Assembly (NCBI GenBank): GCA_038496445.1
Contig: JALMLS010000455.1
Span: forward strand, 62,001-126,000
Length of the DNA stretch: 64,000 nucleotides
Direction of reading: 5' to 3'
Source of the DNA: Trichosphaerium sp. ATCC 40318
Taxonomy: Eukaryota; Protista; Tubulinea
The position numbers and the translations under genes are program-made. The notes beneath the pieces were generated by a model that saw only the letters and a program-made list of their open reading frames with translations, searched no databases and was not told where the DNA came from. Shown piece after piece: positions 40,993 through 56,752 of this stretch (position 1 is its first letter; each line of letters begins with the position of its first letter).

Positions 40993-41419
40993 GGAATACG
41001 TGTTAATCCAAGCCCAATCAAAACAACCAACGAAATTCGATCCAGAAAACAAAACTTGTAAATTACTTGCATGTACATAATTGATTAAGTGCACAGCATA
41101 TTTCTTATTCCTAGTCTCTCTTCGCACCTTTTTTATATTTTAACATTTATGACTGAGTTAAACACAAATTGTATTCTCTTTATTATTCTTTAATTGCATT
41201 TTCTCTTCGGACCATAAAAACCTCACTCAGTATTCGAAGTGACTGAGGGGTTTAAAGTGAAGTTGGCTATAATTGTATGAACGGTAGAATTAATAAAGGG
41301 CGTAAAATATGCCCTCAATAGAGTATTTTGTAACTTACGCAATCATACACATTGAACAATACTACAGTTTATCCTCTGTAGTGTAACACCAAGGCACTAA
41401 CTGACAATCACGTGTTGAT

Positions 41420-43701
<2,282 letters not shown>

Positions 43702-43745
43702 TTAAACAAATCGTTTGTACAAAATATAATGTCAGAATGAGTCGT

Positions 43746-45252
43746 TTAGTTCATTGAATCTTTTTGCTCTACAATTTCTTGGTCTTGTGCAAGTACTCTT
43801 TGAAGAACAGTAGCTTGGATACCCTAAAAAGTAAGAGAGTATACGCAAGCATATATACACGCGTTGTAGATTTACAATAAAGAGCAAGAGCTTGAGAATT
43901 TGTATTTATTTTGTTTGTTCTCTTCTTGGTCGTTTACTTTTTTTAGGTGTCTTTTCAGAGCTAGATCTCTTTCCAGGTATAACTTTTTTGACTTTTCGTG
44001 ATACATTGTTTATAACATATAAACTACCACTTATTGTAACACCTGCTATAATATCTAAAGTATGATGATGTCCAACACCAAGCCAAGGAGAATCAGGAGT
44101 AATATGATCAGTTCCTCTAGTTGGAGCAAGTCCTTGTCCTCTTTTTATATCCCCTCCTCTTAATTCACCTTCCATTGCTATTGTATAACATATTGGCTCT
44201 ACTGGAGATACATGTACCCAACCAATATGAGACTTCGAGGCATGTTGCCAAACCTAAGAATAAAATAAGAAAATAGACTTTACTAAAATTTAGCCTCCAC
44301 AAAAAAACACGTGCTGCTTTCGAAGTCAATTTTCGGCTATCTATAATATGAACACTTCTGTTAGCTGTTCCACAAGCAATATAATTCCCACTATATGCAA
44401 TAGCACTTATTTCGTTTGCAGCAGTTTCATTCCTGACGCTCATACGGCTTGTATTTTCACTACAAAATATGTCAATGTAAAATCACAAGAGCTCCATTTA
44501 CCGTATGTCCCATAGCGCCACAGCACCATTTTCAGCAACAGCAATAACGTTTTCATGGTCTCCAACATTATGAACTAAACAAGCAGCTGTTGGATAACCA
44601 ACTGAATAAATGCTGTGAAGAGGAGTAGACGAATTTCCATCTGGTGACCATACACTATTTTGTGATGTAAAAACATTAAAATGTTTTAGCCGTTCTCGTG
44701 GCTTACCTAATTCGTTTACTTGTTTGAGACACCGAAAATACGTTCTAAGCATTATTAATCATGTTTTGAGCCTACTTTGACGCACGTCAGAAGTGGGGTA
44801 AACAAGATTGCTTCCAAAGCCTCTAGTGTCAGTATTTAATGCTATGACACTCGTTTTGTCCTCATTAAAATCGTATGCACTGATGCTATTAGCTGTTTGA
44901 TTTTGTACGAAAGTAGTCACCTAATACATCCGCTCAAATCAATGGAATACACCATATTGCGCGATTTACATGCGCTAACATGCGATACGGCATTCTTATG
45001 CTCTGTTGTAATAGTTTTAATCTCAGGTTGCTTGTTATCTGTGCTCGCTAATATATCCTATCGTTTGCTTAACTTTTGAGCGAAGTTCTTGTTTTGTACC
45101 TCCAATGTTGATTCAACAGAAGCTAGAACAGTGCCATACGCGAAAACTAGTTTCCCTGTACTAGTGACACACCCACGCTGAGGCGCAAGAGCATAATTAG
45201 CGTTAATATTACTTTTATCTACAAAATTTGGCCAACGCTTTGTTCCCTCCAT
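43746..45252 (-). CDS. WD40-like beta-propeller protein
   Basis: GAVALWDIR, IACGTANRSVHIIDSR. Start may be 45357. Confidence 0.55.
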
Positions 45253-45372
45253 TTCACTGTGTTTTGCACAGACAGAAAGAACGACTTTTACATTTTTTAC
45301 TCTCGTTGACGTTTTTTTTACTACACTTCCGTCAACAATCGCTAACAGGCATCTCATAGTATATTTTTTACC

Positions 45373-46265
45373 ATGGGTGGCACTGAATCACGTTTACGAC
45401 CTGAAGACATTCAAGCTTTGAGAGGCGTATCTGCATGTACGAAAACAGCATCAGGAGTACAACCATAACTAAAGTAGCTCAATAGTTTCCCCCCCAGAAA
45501 TAAAACGCCTGTACAAACGTTTTAAGACACTCGATAAGGACGATTCCGGTACAATATCCACTGATGAGTTTCTCTCTATCCCTGGTAAGCACCATTTTAT
45601 TTAAAATGACGTCAAATACATTTTAACAACCGTAATAGAACTCGCCATGAACCCTATGGTGCAACGCGTCATTGCAATATTCGATAGACACGCAGATGAT
45701 AAAGTAAACTTTAAGCAATTTCTCGAAACACTATCTGTGTTCCATGTCACCGGAAGTAAAGAAAACAAGCTTCGTTGTACGTAGAAACGCCAACTATCAA
45801 GTTGTAAAAAAAAAAAAAAAGTTTGTTTTGGCATTTTTGAAACCGAGACTCTCCCTCTTTCAGGTTTGTATGATGTTAGTGCTTATGTACTTCTATAGTT
45901 GCTTTTCAAGTATATGATCTTGATGGTGATGGATTTATTGATAAAGATGAACTGTCAAAAGTGCTTCAAATGATGGTTGGAAATAATCTTAGTGTACGAT
46001 TTATTTTTTTTTTTCAACGTTTGTTTGTTGTTCTTCTTACAATGAGAATAAATAGGCTGAACAATTAAGTTCCATTGTGACCAAAACAATATCTGAAGCA
46101 GACTTAGATGGAGATGGTAAACTAAGTTTCGATGAATTCAAGGCGGTATGTACTTGTGTAGGGGAAACCTGCGAAAAAAAAAACTGTTTAAAACATACTC
46201 AATTCATCAACTATTAGGTTCTTGAAGGCCAAGATATTGAAGCAAAGCTATCAATAAAATTTTGA
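45373..46265 (+). CDS. cnbA: Calcineurin B regulatory subunit
   Basis: MG myristoylation start, [11 protein letters not shown]-hands DKDDSG/DLDGDG, MMVGNNL. Confidence 0.9.
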
Positions 46266-46429
46266 TATATTTACGCAATGCAAAAAAAAACACGTGTATT
46301 GCAAATGTACTAACAGCCAATGTATTGTAAAATTCAAAACAACCAAACCAAAAAAGTAGTTCGGACTTCAGAATAAATGAACAAAACGAGAAAGTAATCC
46401 AGCTTTACAACGATACTTTATTACTATCC

Positions 46430-46715
46430 TTAGTAACTACAGTAATTTACAGCGATCCAAAAATGGTGGTCACGTGCTCATGTTATGAGTTCTTTACCTC
46501 AAGACAATCATACACGTGTCGAAAAAATAATCTTGTGCGCCGAGTGCATTCATGGCAAGTTCTTGAGAACATTTCTCTGCTTGTTGGTACGAAGTATCCA
46601 CATTGATACTTCCCTCATTCATGCACGTCAAGTACTCCTAGAAAGTGTTATTATTTGCTGAAAGTATTGCGTATCAAAAAGAACTAACCTCACAATTTGT
46701 CGTGATGGGTGACAT
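46430..46715 (-). CDS. 57-aa Cys-containing micro-protein with two introns
   Basis: ACAACATG start; GT-AG introns 46688-46638 and 46497-46437 keep the frame open. Confidence 0.45.
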
Positions 46716-46726
46716 GTTGTTGATTT

Positions 46727-49019
46727 TCAGAAATCAAGAGGTCTACAATGGAGCTCTTGGGAAACAACTACATGATTCCACGTCGCATTTCCTGTAAAGC
46801 ACGTTTTGCTGCGCGCCTGTTTTCTTCTATGGAAGCCTCTAATAACCTTATAGAATCTGGCAAGCTTGGTGACTTCATTTTTTGTAAATTAGTTTGGGAT
46901 ATAGACTTTTTGGAAGGATCCATAGAGAACCGGCGATGAAGACGTCTATTACCGCCACGTATACTACCAGATCTATAGAATACTTTACGAGCCATCCTTT
47001 TAACCCATTTAACACTCCAAGAGACTGACCATATGAACGTCCCCAAAGCTAAAACAGTAATGAAAAAAAAATGAAAAAGAGATTTAGACAAAAAGAAGAA
47101 ATGCTACAAAGCGAAGGCTCAAGACGTACTGAATATTAGAATTGTCAACAAAGACCATAAAAATAATCCAATTGGTCCTGTATTAGATCTTTTTTCAATA
47201 CTACTTAACGAATGTTCCAAGTGAGTAATCTGCAAAAAAAAAACGTGAGCATTCTGAAAAACACAAAAAAAAAACAGCAAACTTTACCTTTTGGCAATAA
47301 TCAGTAGCAAGACTATTATTGTCTTGTACTATATGTAACTTTTGGCCAAGTTGAATATCTACTCTTCTTCCTGTAGTAACACTACTTTCGAGTCTTCCAC
47401 TCATACTTCCTACAGCCTAAAGAAAAAAACGGTCAAATCTCAAGGGAAAGGTTAACCGTACTTACATTAACAAGAGACTTTACAATACGCTCAGTATCAG
47501 CCGCTAGAGCTTTAGTATGTTCATGCGCTTCTTTATCAATCACAGAGTTTTCCTTTAAATCATACTTGAGGTCCAATAACTGCTCTCGTGTTTCACGAGA
47601 CAATTTTCTTTCCTTTTTTTTCCTAAAACCCAATTAATCCTATAACTCACTCTCCAATACAATGGCAGTATTACTATTACTCTAGTAAAAACAAACTATT
47701 AAATACATACCTTGATTCGCCAGTAGTCATTGGAGAGCTATCATGAGAGCTATCCGAAAAAACAGATTCCCTCGATATTGAAATCTTCATACTATGGTTA
47801 TCTACTGGAGTCATTTCTCCAATCTTCTTTGGTTTGAGGATACGATGTGAAAGTTTTTTCATTGTTTTTATCAAGGGCTTATCACGCAGTGGCTCACTAG
47901 TACTAGAACCTCCACTTGTATCCTCTTCTTTCCTTTTTCTAAAGATTTCAATAACTTTTATTTTTCTGCCACGTGATTGATCTGGAGACGTTGGTCTGGC
48001 ATGAGAACGACTAGAATCTATTGTATGAGATCGCTCGCGCTCTAAATTAATAAATTAGAATAACACAAAACGCAAGAACTTTACAAACAACAGAAAAATA
48101 AAAATACGTTAAGAAAAACTTTCAATTTGTCCACGTGGTTAACGTACTTAGAGGGAACGTTTTAAACGGTTGTTCACTCATGTCATTTAATGTATCGTTC
48201 GATAGTGGTGGGTCTTTTTGGGGTAGGTACTTATCAGAGCGAGCGTTTAGTAACGAGTTTGTTGCGAAAATGCTGTCTGTTGGAAGAGGTGCGCCTGCTT
48301 GGTCAGGTAGTTGCTCCATCAACTCTGAAGTTAGCGCTAAACGCTTTGTATTCGTGCTTTTAGAGGTAGGAGATAACGCTGAAGACGGAGATCGTGATGC
48401 AGTGTCGTTTGATTTTTGTGACATTGGTTGTGGCTCAATGTTTTTTCCACCCATCACAATCAAAGACTCCCATCGTGGTTTAACTAGCGCGATATTAAAA
48501 ATTTGTAAATAGGTGACGTGGGTTGAAGAAAGTTCTTTTTACCTTCGCTATCTTTTGTGCGCTTTTTAGGAGCGTCTGAGGTACTACTTATCTTCCTGAA
48601 TGAGTTTTTAGTGAAGGGGTTTACAGTCGATTACAAAACATGAAAAATGGTGTATCACTGTTAACCACTGTAGCCATACTATACATAAAAAATTAACGCG
48701 TTGAATTACGTACTGCTTTTTATCCTTTTTGCTCTTTTTGCTAGCGCCTTCACTTGTAGACGACGGTGAGCCATTCAAGCTATAAAATTTGCTTCTTTGT
48801 GTTACTTTTATTACATCTTCGTTATGCTTTCGTTTTTGGTCTTTGGTGCGCCCTTATAAATAGTTTGTGATGCCAATCAAGCAAAAAGGAATAAATACAA
48901 AAAAATACCGCAAAAAGAAGGTGCCTGCTTGCTTACGCGGTGACTTCCTATGTTTACTGCGCTTTTGTTTATCGCCTCCTTGTGAGCTTGTGTGCGAGGT
49001 AACATCTGAATTGCTCATT
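46727..49019 (-). CDS. Low-complexity, coiled-coil, C-terminally membrane-anchored hypothetical protein
   Basis: Ser/Lys-rich exons, heptads and a TM segment near 47030-47180. Stop at 46768 if unspliced or 46727 if spliced. Confidence 0.55.
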
Positions 49020-49221
49020 TTATTGCAGCGGTGGAAGTGAGTACCAAAAAAAAGCCACCCGGACTCGAATACGTAACACAAATCCGTCTCTAAATTTAAT
49101 TCACGTATGTGTGTTCGCCAAAAAAAACTCTGCAGTATCAAAAAACACGCACATGCGAAAACTGCGAAATTTTTGTTCAGGCTAAATATAATCAACGATT
49201 TTTGGACATAGCACACTACAT

Positions 49222-52122
49222 ATGCAGCTACATCCAACGCAACCACAGCCACGAGGCAAATATAATGTTATTACCAAGCTTAATGAGGCGAATGAGATGC
49301 GGTGGTTAGAACTTGGTGCTGATCTTTTCGCTAAAGCTTAATTATGCTTATAAAATACGTAGGAACTACCTGGGAAACGATACGTAACTCTGACAGGGCT
49401 TTAAGCTGCTATGAGCACTGCTTGAAGTATAATCCTTACAACGTCAAAGCGCTGACCCAGGTTGCCAGTATTTGTCGCATAAAAGAAATATATCCAAAGG
49501 TACGGTTATTTTACAAGCGCTCTCAACCCTCCTTTTGAAAAAAAAAAACAAAAAAAACCTCGCGGCACTTTTTTATCACCGCATCCATAACTATGATAGC
49601 GTGCGCTATTAAAATGCACATGGCGGTCATATCGACATGTGACACGCTTGGAAATTTTAATCTCTAACCGAGTTATAGGCAGTTGATAATTTTCAACGGA
49701 TACTAGCGTTACAACCAGATAATGGAGAGATATGGAGCGCAATTGGGCATTGCTACTTGATGATGGATGAATTACAAAAGGCATATTCCGCGTATCAACG
49801 CGCTTTATGCCACCTACCCAACTCACAGGTAAATCAACGTTAAAGACATAAATGTGAACCCTTTTTAGCAGAAAGTCCGTGATATCCTAGTTTTGGGGTA
49901 ACTCACAGCAAATTGTAGGACCCTAATCTTTGGTACGGTATCGGCATATTATATGATCGCTATGGGTCCTATGAAAATGCCGAAGAAGCTTTCAAGGTAA
50001 GCAAGGAACAACAATTTCTTTTTTTATTTGTTTTATTTCCGTTTTGGGTTTTTCTGAAGAAATACAGTTTATACCGTTTATTTACGTTCTTATTTAATCG
50101 CTATACCTACAGGCAGTATTGGACATGGATGAGCAATTCGAAAAGCAGTATGAGATACACTTTAGATTGGGTATTATCTATAAACAACAGCAACGTTACG
50201 ACCAAAGCTTAAAACGGTTTCAGACAATACTAGACTGTCCTCCAGCTCCTTTAGGACAAGCTGATATTTGGTTTCAAATTGGACATGTTTACGAACTTAC
50301 CAAGGAATTTACCTTAGCTAAAGACGCGTATGAACGTGTTTTAAAGATTGCACCACAACATGCCAAGGTATTGCAACAACTTGGCTGGCTTTACCACCAC
50401 CACAAGGACGCAAAACTTGGTCTTGGGAATCAAGGGGTGGCAATCTCATTTTTGATGAATTCTATAGACGCTGGTAAGTACTAGCTTGCGTCAAGCATCT
50501 ATCAATTTTTTTTTTTGAACGCGTAGCTATTTTTCTTGAACGCGTAGCTGTTTTTTCCCTCTTTATATTTTAACTTCTCGAAGACCCCCAAGATGGCCAG
50601 ACGTGGTATTTATTAGGTCGCTGTTACATGGCACAACAAAAATTTAGAAAGGCTTACGATGCTTATCAGCAAGCTGTGTATCGTGATGGTCAGAACCCTA
50701 CGTTTTGGTGTTCTATTGGTGTGCTTTACTTTCAAATCAACCAATATAGAGATGCACTAGACGCCTATAGGTAGAAAAACTTTTTGGATTTTTCCTTCAT
50801 TTTATGAGTAGTTGACGCCATTTTGTGTACGCTAACTGGTTTGTTAGTCGCGCAATTAGGCTTAATCCTTACCTTTCAGAGGTATGGTACGACTTAGGAA
50901 CGTTGTATGAATCTTGCAATCAAATAGAAGGTACATAGAGCATTTTTTTTATGCAAGTAGAACGCTTTTTATTTCTTGTTTGAAACTATTGTGTCATCAA
51001 TACAGTTCAAATTCTCGTTTTTTTACCCACCTCACAGAAACGCCTTAACTTTTTATTTCACTTATAAAAACAGTACTTGCAAGCGCAAGGTGGTGAGGTA
51101 AAAAAAAGTAGAGAATTTGAACGATTTGAACTGTATTTCTTTTTTATTCAAATCGATCTCGCCTAAATGAGAGAATCTCGCTCAGAAGGAGAAATTTTAT
51201 TTGAAAATTATTCTTTCATAAACAAAAGCTAACGCAGTTTTTTTTCCTGTATTTAGATTCACTGGATGCTTACCAACGTGCTCATGAACTTGATCCTGGA
51301 AATCAACACATAGCAAATAGGTTAAATATGTTGCGACAGGATATCGCTAATCATAAAGCTGGCGTTCCAAAGGTACGTAAAAAAATAAGAGAACAAACTT
51401 CCTACCGTAAAACTGCAAACCGTCATGGAACTTCCCTGTTACTATTTACGCTGTCGTTTTGTTTTTTTTCAGCTAAAACGTCACGTAGCAACAACACGGA
51501 CCTCCTCCTACGCCTATGGCTCAACCTACTCATCATCAAGGACCACAAACTACTCTACCAAAGGTACTTATTTAACATAGTGGACAGTTCCGTGGCTTTT
51601 TTCTTTTGTAGTTTGTACCTGCTTTTCTTTTTTTTTTTCAAATATTTCAGAATTTTTTTTTGGAATATTTTTTGCTTCTTTCGCGTTTCCGGACGCAGTA
51701 GTACATTTTTTTTGTTCCAAACACCATTTTTTTAATTCAGTTCCTTTCATAATTTTGTCTTTTTTTTTTTTGCCCGGACACGCATGCTGTTTACATCCAT
51801 TAATTTGTCAGAGTTTTTTTCCTTTTTGCCACTAAGGATTGGGAAGCCAGTTCGTCTGACGAGAGCCATGGTGGGGGCAATAAACCCAAGTACACAATCA
51901 AGGGCTGGGTCAAACAACAACTTGTTTTACGACCCTAGTAGAGCACCACCACGTCACAGTAAGCTATTATTTTCTTTTTGTTTTTTTTTGTTTTTCTGTT
52001 GCTCTTGTTTTTGAAACTAATCAGTTGTAGCGAACATACCGGCATTAGAACGTAAGGAACCACCGCTAACACGAAGTCGTAAAGCTGCAGCAAGTAAAGA
52101 CACCCATGGGAGAGCTTTGTGA
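49222..52122 (+). CDS. trfA: TPR co-repressor Cyc8/Ssn6 (TrfA-like)
   Basis: DPNLWYGIGILYDRYGS, IWFQIGHVYE, WYLLGRCYM, NPTFWCSIGVLYFQINQYRDALDAY, VWYDLGTLYESCNQ. Confidence 0.93.
51003..51133. mobile_element. MITE copy 1 (Tc1/mariner-like termini), intronic
   Basis: TA-CAGTTCAAATTCTC...GAGAATTTGAACGATTTGAACTG-TA; near-palindromic. Confidence 0.75.
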
Positions 52123-52365
52123 AATAAGTCACCTCATTGTAAAGAAGAAGATGATTTTTTTTTCGTTGTACATTTTGTAATAAATTACTACATCTTCTTG
52201 TAAGTGTAATGCCTTCAGTCTTTTCTCGTGCACATGAAAGATAAACTGTGGAGCGTTTTATTTCAAAAATGACATGTCATTCTCGCTATCCATGAAGAAA
52301 CAAATGCGCTAGTTAAAAAGGTATAGTGTTTATTTATGTACAATTCATTTTTTTTTGTAGTTGTT

Positions 52366-53256
52366 TTACAATCCAGTTTCTTGTGGGACAGCGCCATATT
52401 GTTGTGGTTGGGCGTATGAAGGCACATGTTGTGAAGGCGAAGGCATAGAGGCAAGAGGGTCAGATAAGTAGGAAGGTAGTTCTTGATCGAGGTCTATTTC
52501 TTCTTCCAACGCCATGAGCTCTAAGACAGATAAAGTGAGAACACGCATACAGTAAAACAATTATTTTTTTTTGTTGGTGAAAATGTTAACATACCATCCT
52601 CTAGTGCTTCATCGTCCACATCGTAAGGCATTTCGTATGAACGTGACATGAGTTCTTGTATTTCGTTTGTTTCTTCTAGTAAGTCCTGCATATCGTCTTG
52701 CATGTCCTACGAACGCGTTTAGAGACAAGGGCAAGGAATATGAGATGGGGTGCACTGAAATTGCATGCGATAACGTACGGCTACTGCGTCCACATCCATT
52801 ACTTTCAATTGAGCGCCTAGGGTTTTATTGGCTTGTTTAATAGCCTCCACCTGAGAAATCGTGTCTTTCATTGTCTCGGTTGCGAATACAGTCTGTTCCA
52901 TATTGAATGACTGGTTTTGCATCTGCATGAGCTGTTGCTCGTACATTTTTTTCTGTTTCAAACAACGTAACGCCCGTTGTTTACACGCGTTTTTAGCTCC
53001 ACCTGGGCGCATTCTGTTCATTTGTTCCTTGTGTTTCATAATATCTTGGTCTAATTTGCGTATTTTCGCCTCTAGAGACTCTATTCTTCCATCCAACTAT
53101 TAAACGTTTAGTTTTAAAGAACGTGAAGGTTAAAAATTAAATGAAATTTGCGGGTTTTGTTAATAAGTGCGTTAGGATACGTACCATACGCTGTGTTTGA
53201 TCCAGCGATACTGGCGGAGCTTTATTTTTATTTTGGGTGCCAAAGAACCTTCTCAT
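52366..53256 (-). CDS. VPS60: ESCRT-III protein Vps60/CHMP5
   Basis: MRRFFG, KQRALRCLKQKKMYE, QSFNMEQ, EIQELMSRSY. Confidence 0.95.
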
Positions 53257-53538
53257 TTGCAAAATTGTTGTTTAAACCGGTGTATTATTGTTAATTGAGC
53301 AAAAATTTACGAAAGAGACTTAACGAACGAGTTGAGACTCAAGGCGTCGAACGTTTTAACTTTTGACCAAACTGAAAAAAATTTCGTCCTTTTTTGAGTT
53401 TATATGTGCCACGTTGTATGTATACACATGCTAGCGTTTTGTTATGGATACTTGCTGCATCGGCAGTCTATTGTTCGAAATATCCTCACATTTTAACCTG
53501 CCTATTGTTTGTGTACACTTTCCAAACTACCAGCAAAC

Positions 53539-55439
53539 ATGGGCACATGTAGTACATCCCAAAGTAAGACAACCAGAGACATCAACCGTCAATTGTCAAA
53601 GGACAAACGTAAATTAGAGGATGAAGTGCGCCTATTGTTGTTGGGTACGTAGACAGGCAAAGAGCGAATGGAATTGCTGCCTCGTGTAGCCAATAAATTA
53701 AAATGGCATTTTCGCTGCTGTGACTGAATTACAGCTCTCTAATTTCTATTCATTATAGGCCCTGGAGAGTCAGGAAAGTCCACTGTAATGAAGCAAATGA
53801 AAATCATACAGAACTCGGGCAAATTTCCAGAGATTGAGCGCAAGCGATACAGGAATGCTATATATGCGAACTGTATTACACAGATGAAAACTTTGGTATC
53901 AGCAGCCATAAAACTAAATGTCGCTTTTGAAGCAAAACATGAGGTATCAATCTCTCACTCCTCTACAAAAACATTTTTTATCCCTAGACGTAACTTTTAT
54001 AGTAATTCAAACAGCCACAAGGCGTTTTTCGTTTGTGATATTTTTGAGCCAGCAAGCGGTTTTTAAACTCACTTTCTTGGTAGGATATAGCAAGGACTAT
54101 ACACCAACTACCAGCTGCTGGCGATTCATGGTCCCCAGAAATTGCCCAAATGATAAAATTGTTGTGGAAGGACGCAGGGATTAAACGCGTTTTCGATATG
54201 CGTAATGGATATTACCAATTAAACGACAGCGCAGCATAGTACGTTTTTTTTTTATATTTTGTCCCATTTCCTAAAGATGGGTTAAAACTAAAAAACTGCA
54301 ATTAGTTTTTTCGACGACATTGAGAGATTCATACCAGCTGATTATATTCCTTCTGTTGATGACGTCCTTCGGTAAGATTAAGATAAAGACAAAACACATA
54401 AACCAAAAAAAACCGAAAACTGATATTCGAAAAAAAATTTATTGTTTCGAAACAAAACCCACGTGATTTATTTTTTTTCTTCCTTCGGAGTTGGATTAAA
54501 AAAAATATCCAACCGGAATGGAATCAGTCCAAAAAAAAAATGGAAAATTTTTTGCTCCCGTTTCACACAAAAGTTGTTATTATTATCTCATTAACTTATA
54601 TTCTTTTTTAGGGCACGTGTTCGTACAACAGGTATTGAAGAGGCACAATTTCAAATTGAAGACTTTAAATTCAGAATGGTTGATGTTGGAGGTCAGAGAT
54701 GTGAAAGGCGTAAGTGGATACATTGCTTTGAAGGATCTGTTGTTACTGCCGTTATATTCTGTGTTGGATTAAGCGAATACGACCAAGTACGAGATTTGTT
54801 CGTTTCTGTGTTTGAAATTTTTTTAAACGTTCTTCCGTTTCCTTTTGTGTATCTGTTCTGCTTTGTGTTGTGTTTGTAACTTTTCTATTAGAATCTACGA
54901 GAAGAAGGTTCTGTAAACCGTATGGATGAATCTTTGACACTATTCACGGAGCTTTGCAACAGTTCATGGTTCTGCAAGACGCCGTTTGTCATCTTCTTAA
55001 ACAAGGTTGATCTTTTCAAAGAAAAGATAAAAGTCGTTGACTTGAATGTTTGCTTCCCTTCATACACAGGTATGTTCACACTGATTTTTTATAATCTATT
55101 AACGACTGCCGCATTTATTTTTACCTGTACACTAACATACATGCTTAGGTGGCTGTGATTTCGATAAAGCATCTGTTTTTATCAAATCAAGATTTATTGA
55201 AAGAAACCACTCTCCTCACCCTATCTACTCTCACTTTACATGCGCTCTAAGTACAGAAAATATTAAATACATATTCAAGGTATGTTTAAAAGTAAATTAT
55301 CATCAACCACTACGATGCTTAGCCGTCACGTTTTTTATAAACAAACTTGAACTCTTTTTATCTAAATGATCATGTTTAGGTTGTCAAAGAGACTGTTATT
55401 AATGGTATTCTACATTCTCTTGGTATGCACCTGAGCTAA
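53539..55439 (+). CDS. Heterotrimeric G-protein alpha subunit
   Basis: MGx[33 protein letters not shown]. Confidence 0.96.
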
Positions 55440-55828
55440 GATTATAATGACGAAAAGAATTATTGTGATATCATCACAAAACTGTTAACCTTGCTAAAGC
55501 GCCTACAGTGCTACTAAACTGTATTGTATTTTATTTCTTGCGTTGTAGTTTTTTTTAATATTTTGACTTTATTTCGTATTCGCTAGTTCAACATTAGTAC
55601 CTCATCACCAACTATATGTCGCTTTCAATAACATGAATAACACCGTGTTTGAACATCGAGAGAAAGTTGTGAGTTATTTTGATGTCGTCATTCATCGCAC
55701 GAAGGCAATGTTATTTATTACATGATTTTCGAACAAATCTAACATTGTTGATGTAATTTGTTGCGAATTTTCAAACTGCCAATATTAGGCATGAAATCTG
55801 ATTACGCGGATTGCGCCTTCTATGCCGC

Positions 55829-56204
55829 TTATTCAGCTTGTATCTCTTGCAGCGTTATTTTAACATCCGCAGGTAAAAAATTGTTGAAGCCTAACAATAG
55901 ATCGCTATGACCTTTGAACAGAGATTTCACACGCGAGATAACTCCAGGAGCGCTTAAACTAGTGTCCGTTAATAACAATGAAAAGGAAAATTTTCTCTTT
56001 TTTTTGAAAAAGCTTAATCCGAAAAAGGTGGTTTGCACAGTGGTTGAGATGTAGAGGCGGTGAGCGTGCGTACGTTTGCTCCTTGAAATCTTTCATAATA
56101 TCAAGAAATTGATTGTACACTTGCATGTCATCCTTGAATACCGTCTTTACGAGTTCTAAATATTCCAACGCGCTCTCGTATTTAACTCCTTGATTTGTAG
56201 TCAT
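55829..56204 (-). CDS. Stand-alone Sin3 PAH1-domain microprotein (86 aa)
   Basis: [10 protein letters not shown]...[13 protein letters not shown]-..[25 protein letters not shown]; one intron 56073-55959. Confidence 0.85.
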
Positions 56205-56752
56205 TTTGTTTCAATTTCTGTTAATCGTCCTATGGGTATGTCAAAGTTTCGAAACGGTCATTAGAATACATCTGTTACGCAGCAAAACGCTGTGGAAGAA
56301 CTAGTTCTCCTGTTTTCCTCGTTTGGCGGTAGATTTGAACGACGGCGCTTTTTCGTCAAGAAAACGCCGGCAAACGAGGAAAACAAGCAAAGCGCTCGCG
56401 TTCGCAAGGGACAGAGCGTATTTCAGCGACAAAGGGCGAGTTCTACATACCGAAGTCCTACCGTCGCCTTTAGAGACTGTAACAAATTATAGTTAATATC
56501 GGTGAATTACTACGCAGAGCGAGAGAGCTACTGTTGGCTTTTGGGTTTAATTTGAGGTATAAACTTAATATAACGACAAGTTTTTGCATATGAAAACACG
56601 GCAAATTGACGGCCAAACTCCCGTTTGAAGAAAAAACGTTCCTTCACACGCCTTCCCAAAAAGTAAACTATGTTAAGTCTCTAAAAAGTGATTGTTGAAA
56701 AAAGGCATTTGGGCCATGGTGTTGGAGTTAGTTACTCGGATAAATACCTCTC

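Noticed and set aside
50515-50556. 22-nt tandem duplication in an intron
   Set aside because: Simple local slippage
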